Below are positions 4,007-5,961 of a stretch of DNA of 5,961 bases, in pieces. The position numbers and the translations under genes were made by a program. Source of the stretch: a virus; the IMG/VR virus record IMGVR_UViG_3300020041_000013, positions 1 to 5,961 of that record; one strand, 5' to 3'. Numbering within the stretch: the stretch's first letter is position 1; the number at the start of each line of letters is the position of its first letter. The notes beneath the pieces are model-generated. The model worked only from the letters and a program-made list of their open reading frames with translations. It did not search any database and had not been told where the DNA came from.

Positions 4007-5806
4007 ATGGGAAAACAACCTTTTATCTCACATGCCGTTAACGGCTACTCTCGTTATGATGTTCCTGAGAGTAAGGCCTTTACGTGTACACCGGGTATTT
4101 TATATCCGGTGCGTATCGATTTTATCAACGCCCGAGATCGTGTCTCTATTGAGCAGGGCGTCGACGTTCGCAGTAATCCTCTTGCTGTTCCGACATTCAA
4201 TCCTTATACTATTCGACTTCACCGTTTTTGGGTGCCACTTCAGTTGTACCATCCTGAATTGAGGACGAATAGCAGTAAGTTCGATATGAATGATTTGAGC
4301 TTGAATTGGATTCCTTCTTGTCAACCTTCGGCTGGTTCTCTTAATTATGACTTTTTCGGAGCCGCTTATACTAATTCGCTGATGTCTTGGCTTCGCGTTG
4401 CGAATAAATACACTGTCGGCGTCTCGAGACCGCCTATTGATGTTTCTCTACCTTCCGACTCGTCTATTGATCGTTGGAGTAACGCTGATACTTATTTAGC
4501 TTATTGGGATATTGTTCGTAACTACTATGGATATTCGCAGTGGGGACTTTATTCTTTCGCTTGGCCTATGGCGAATAAGCTTTTTTACAGTTCGAATACT
4601 TATCAATTGAAGGAACCTTCTGGTGATTCGCGATTCTTTACGCAGTGCTATGGTAATCTTGAGTTTCTTGATGCTTATTTTGAGAGCCAATTTTATCCGT
4701 CCGCTGTTTCGTCTACCAACAATACTTTTAATCGTGCCAATCTTTTCACGCAGATGATTCGGTCCGACCTGGGTAGCCCGGACTCTGCTTCGTCCGATGG
4801 TTATCCTGTTTCCTTGGATTATCCGGGTCCTTCACTTTATGGTACTAAAGGAGTTATTTCACAGACGCTTCCGACTCAATCAGAGACCGCTAAATCAGGC
4901 CTCGGGTATTTTATTTCCGCTCACCCGATGGCTGTTGTTCCGTCGAATCCCGATCGTTTTAGTCGTTTGATTCCGACTGGCTCGAACTCGGCTGTTTCGA
5001 TGTCTGGCGTTTCCACTATCCCCCAGTTGGCTATTGCTTCTCGCCTTCAGGAATACAAGGACCTGCTTGGCGCTGGAGGTAGTCGATACAGTGACTGGCT
5101 GGAAACTTTCTTTGCGTCGAAGATTGAGCATGTCGATCGTCCCAAGCTTTTGTTTAGCGCTTCGCAGACCGTTAATGTGCAGGTCGTCATGAATCAAGCT
5201 GGGGATAACAATTTTTCTGGCAACCAACCCCTTGGCCAGCAAGGAGGTTCTATTGCATTTAACGACCGTTTGGGTCGCCGGCAGTCTTATTATTTTCGCG
5301 AGCCTGGTTATATGATCGATATGTTGAGTATTCGTCCTATTTATTATTGGTCTTTCATCAAGCCGGATTACCTTAATTATATGGGTTCCGACTATTTCAA
5401 TCCTATTTATAACGATATTGGCTATCAGGACGTTCCTTCGTTTCGGCTTGCTTTTAACGGTAATCCTGGTGCTTCGTCCGCTACCGAACCCTGTTTTAAT
5501 GAGTTTCGCTCGTCTTATGATGAGGTTTTGGGCCAGCTTCAGGCTTATAATATGTCGGCCGCGGAAGGAGGCACTGGCCATCCTCTTTATTCTTACTGGG
5601 TTCAGCAGCGCACTGTTTATACCCATAGTGGCATGGGAAGTCTACCAGTGTCTTATTATTACCCTCTTCTTTTTGTTGATATGTCGCAGGTTAATTCTCC
5701 TTTCGCTTCCAATATAGAGGATAATTTCTTTGTGAACCTTTCGTATGCTGTTCAGAAGAAGAGTTTGGTGAATAAAACCTTTGCAACTCGCTTATCTAAT
5801 CGTTAA
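4007..5806 (+). CDS. Microviridae major capsid protein (VP1 / protein F-like)
   Basis: At 599 aa it is the largest ORF, and it starts 3 nt after the rep stop. The N-terminal organisation is typical of microvirus capsid proteins: ...TCTPGILYPVRIDFINARDRVSIEQGVDVRSNPLAVPTFNPYTIRLHRFWVPLQLY. Compare phiX174 F ...PVIAGDSF...VDIFTFYVPHRHVY. The aromatic, Ser/Asn/Tyr-rich composition fits a jelly-roll capsid protein with large loops. Confidence 0.88.
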   Translation: MGKQPFISHAVNGYSRYDVPESKAFTCTPGILYPVRIDFINARDRVSIEQGVDVRSNPLAVPTFNPYTIRLHRFWVPLQLYHPELRTNSSKFDMNDLSLNWIPSCQPSAGSLNYDFFGAAYTNSLMSWLRVANKYTVGVSRPPIDVSLPSDSSIDRWSNADTYLAYWDIVRNYYGYSQWGLYSFAWPMANKLFYSSNTYQLKEPSGDSRFFTQCYGNLEFLDAYFESQFYPSAVSSTNNTFNRANLFTQMIRSDLGSPDSASSDGYPVSLDYPGPSLYGTKGVISQTLPTQSETAKSGLGYFISAHPMAVVPSNPDRFSRLIPTGSNSAVSMSGVSTIPQLAIASRLQEYKDLLGAGGSRYSDWLETFFASKIEHVDRPKLLFSASQTVNVQVVMNQAGDNNFSGNQPLGQQGGSIAFNDRLGRRQSYYFREPGYMIDMLSIRPIYYWSFIKPDYLNYMGSDYFNPIYNDIGYQDVPSFRLAFNGNPGASSATEPCFNEFRSSYDEVLGQLQAYNMSAAEGGTGHPLYSYWVQQRTVYTHSGMGSLPVSYYYPLLFVDMSQVNSPFASNIEDNFFVNLSYAVQKKSLVNKTFATRLSNR

Positions 5807-5818
5807 ACCCCTGATATT

Positions 5819-5961
5819 ATGGCACTTGATTGGTTACTCGAGGATGTTCCCGCGTATATTTCGCGTGGTCAGCGCATTCTTTCGGTTCTCGATGGATCTG
5901 GTTCCGTCGACGTTCTCCCTGGTCGTCCGGATGTTGAGGCCTCTTCGTCCGACTTCGATAA
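5819..5961 (+). CDS. 5' portion of the junction-spanning 98-aa acidic protein gene (same gene as 3..275; runs off the window end inside the terminal repeat)
   Basis: ATG at 5819 is the first start after the VP1 stop (TAA 5804-5806), which is in the same frame. The translation MALDWLLEDVPAYISRGQRILSVLDGSGSVDVLPGRPDVEASSSDFD... stays open to the window edge and continues at 122..275. Confidence 0.7.
   Translation, partial: MALDWLLEDVPAYISRGQRILSVLDGSGSVDVLPGRPDVEASSSDFD
5841..5961. repeat. Terminal redundancy: second copy of the 121-nt overlap (identical to 1..121)
   Basis: Exact identity to 1-121. Confidence 0.95.

Noticed and set aside
4895-5626. Long minus-strand ORF (243 aa) antisense to VP1, and the other minus-strand ORFs (570..827, 858..1334, 875..1228, 1485..1667, 2168..2452, 2634..3020, 2933..3520, 4100..4324, 4496..4690)
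   Set aside because: All are antisense to well-supported + strand genes. Their composition is low-complexity and Arg/Ile/Asn/Lys-rich, as expected from the complement of T-rich coding DNA. Microviridae are known to encode all genes on one strand. None has a recognisable motif.

Overview
This window is a complete circular ssDNA phage genome of the family Microviridae, assembled with a 121-nt terminal overlap. Bases 1-121 are identical to 5841-5961, so the unit genome is 5840 nt. All credible genes lie on the + strand, which is T-rich with T-rich third codon positions. Three hallmark genes are recognisable from motifs. The major capsid protein VP1/F-like is at 4007..5806. The HUH rolling-circle replication initiator VP4/A-like is at 2936..4003, with motifs FITITI, HFHGFLF and YVVKYITK. 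The DNA pilot/minor capsid protein VP2/H-like is at 603..1856. A 98-aa acidic protein, possibly an internal scaffold, starts at 5819 and reads across the circular junction to 275. The supplied ORF track misses it and instead lists a +1-frame artefact at 4..291. Between the hallmark genes lie four small genes with no function I can assign: a 63-aa predicted lipoprotein with a lipobox (410..601), ORFs of 105 aa and 107 aa, and a small basic protein whose stop overlaps the rep start (TAATG). Three noncoding signals stand out. A compact element of two tandem GAA-triloop hairpins closed by an outer stem lies upstream of rep (2643..2701). A 9-bp GC-rich inverted repeat followed by T5 lies at 306..383. 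Two short matches to the phiX174 origin nick core lie at 5812..5830. No start codon has a Shine-Dalgarno sequence, and a TTTG/TAnnTTTG promoter-like pair sits at 1887..1916; both suggest a Bacteroidota host. No lysis gene is recognisable. The lipoprotein and two hydrophobic +1-frame embedded ORFs are the only candidates, and the embedded ORFs may be compositional artefacts. All homology statements rest on motif recognition by eye; no database search was possible.
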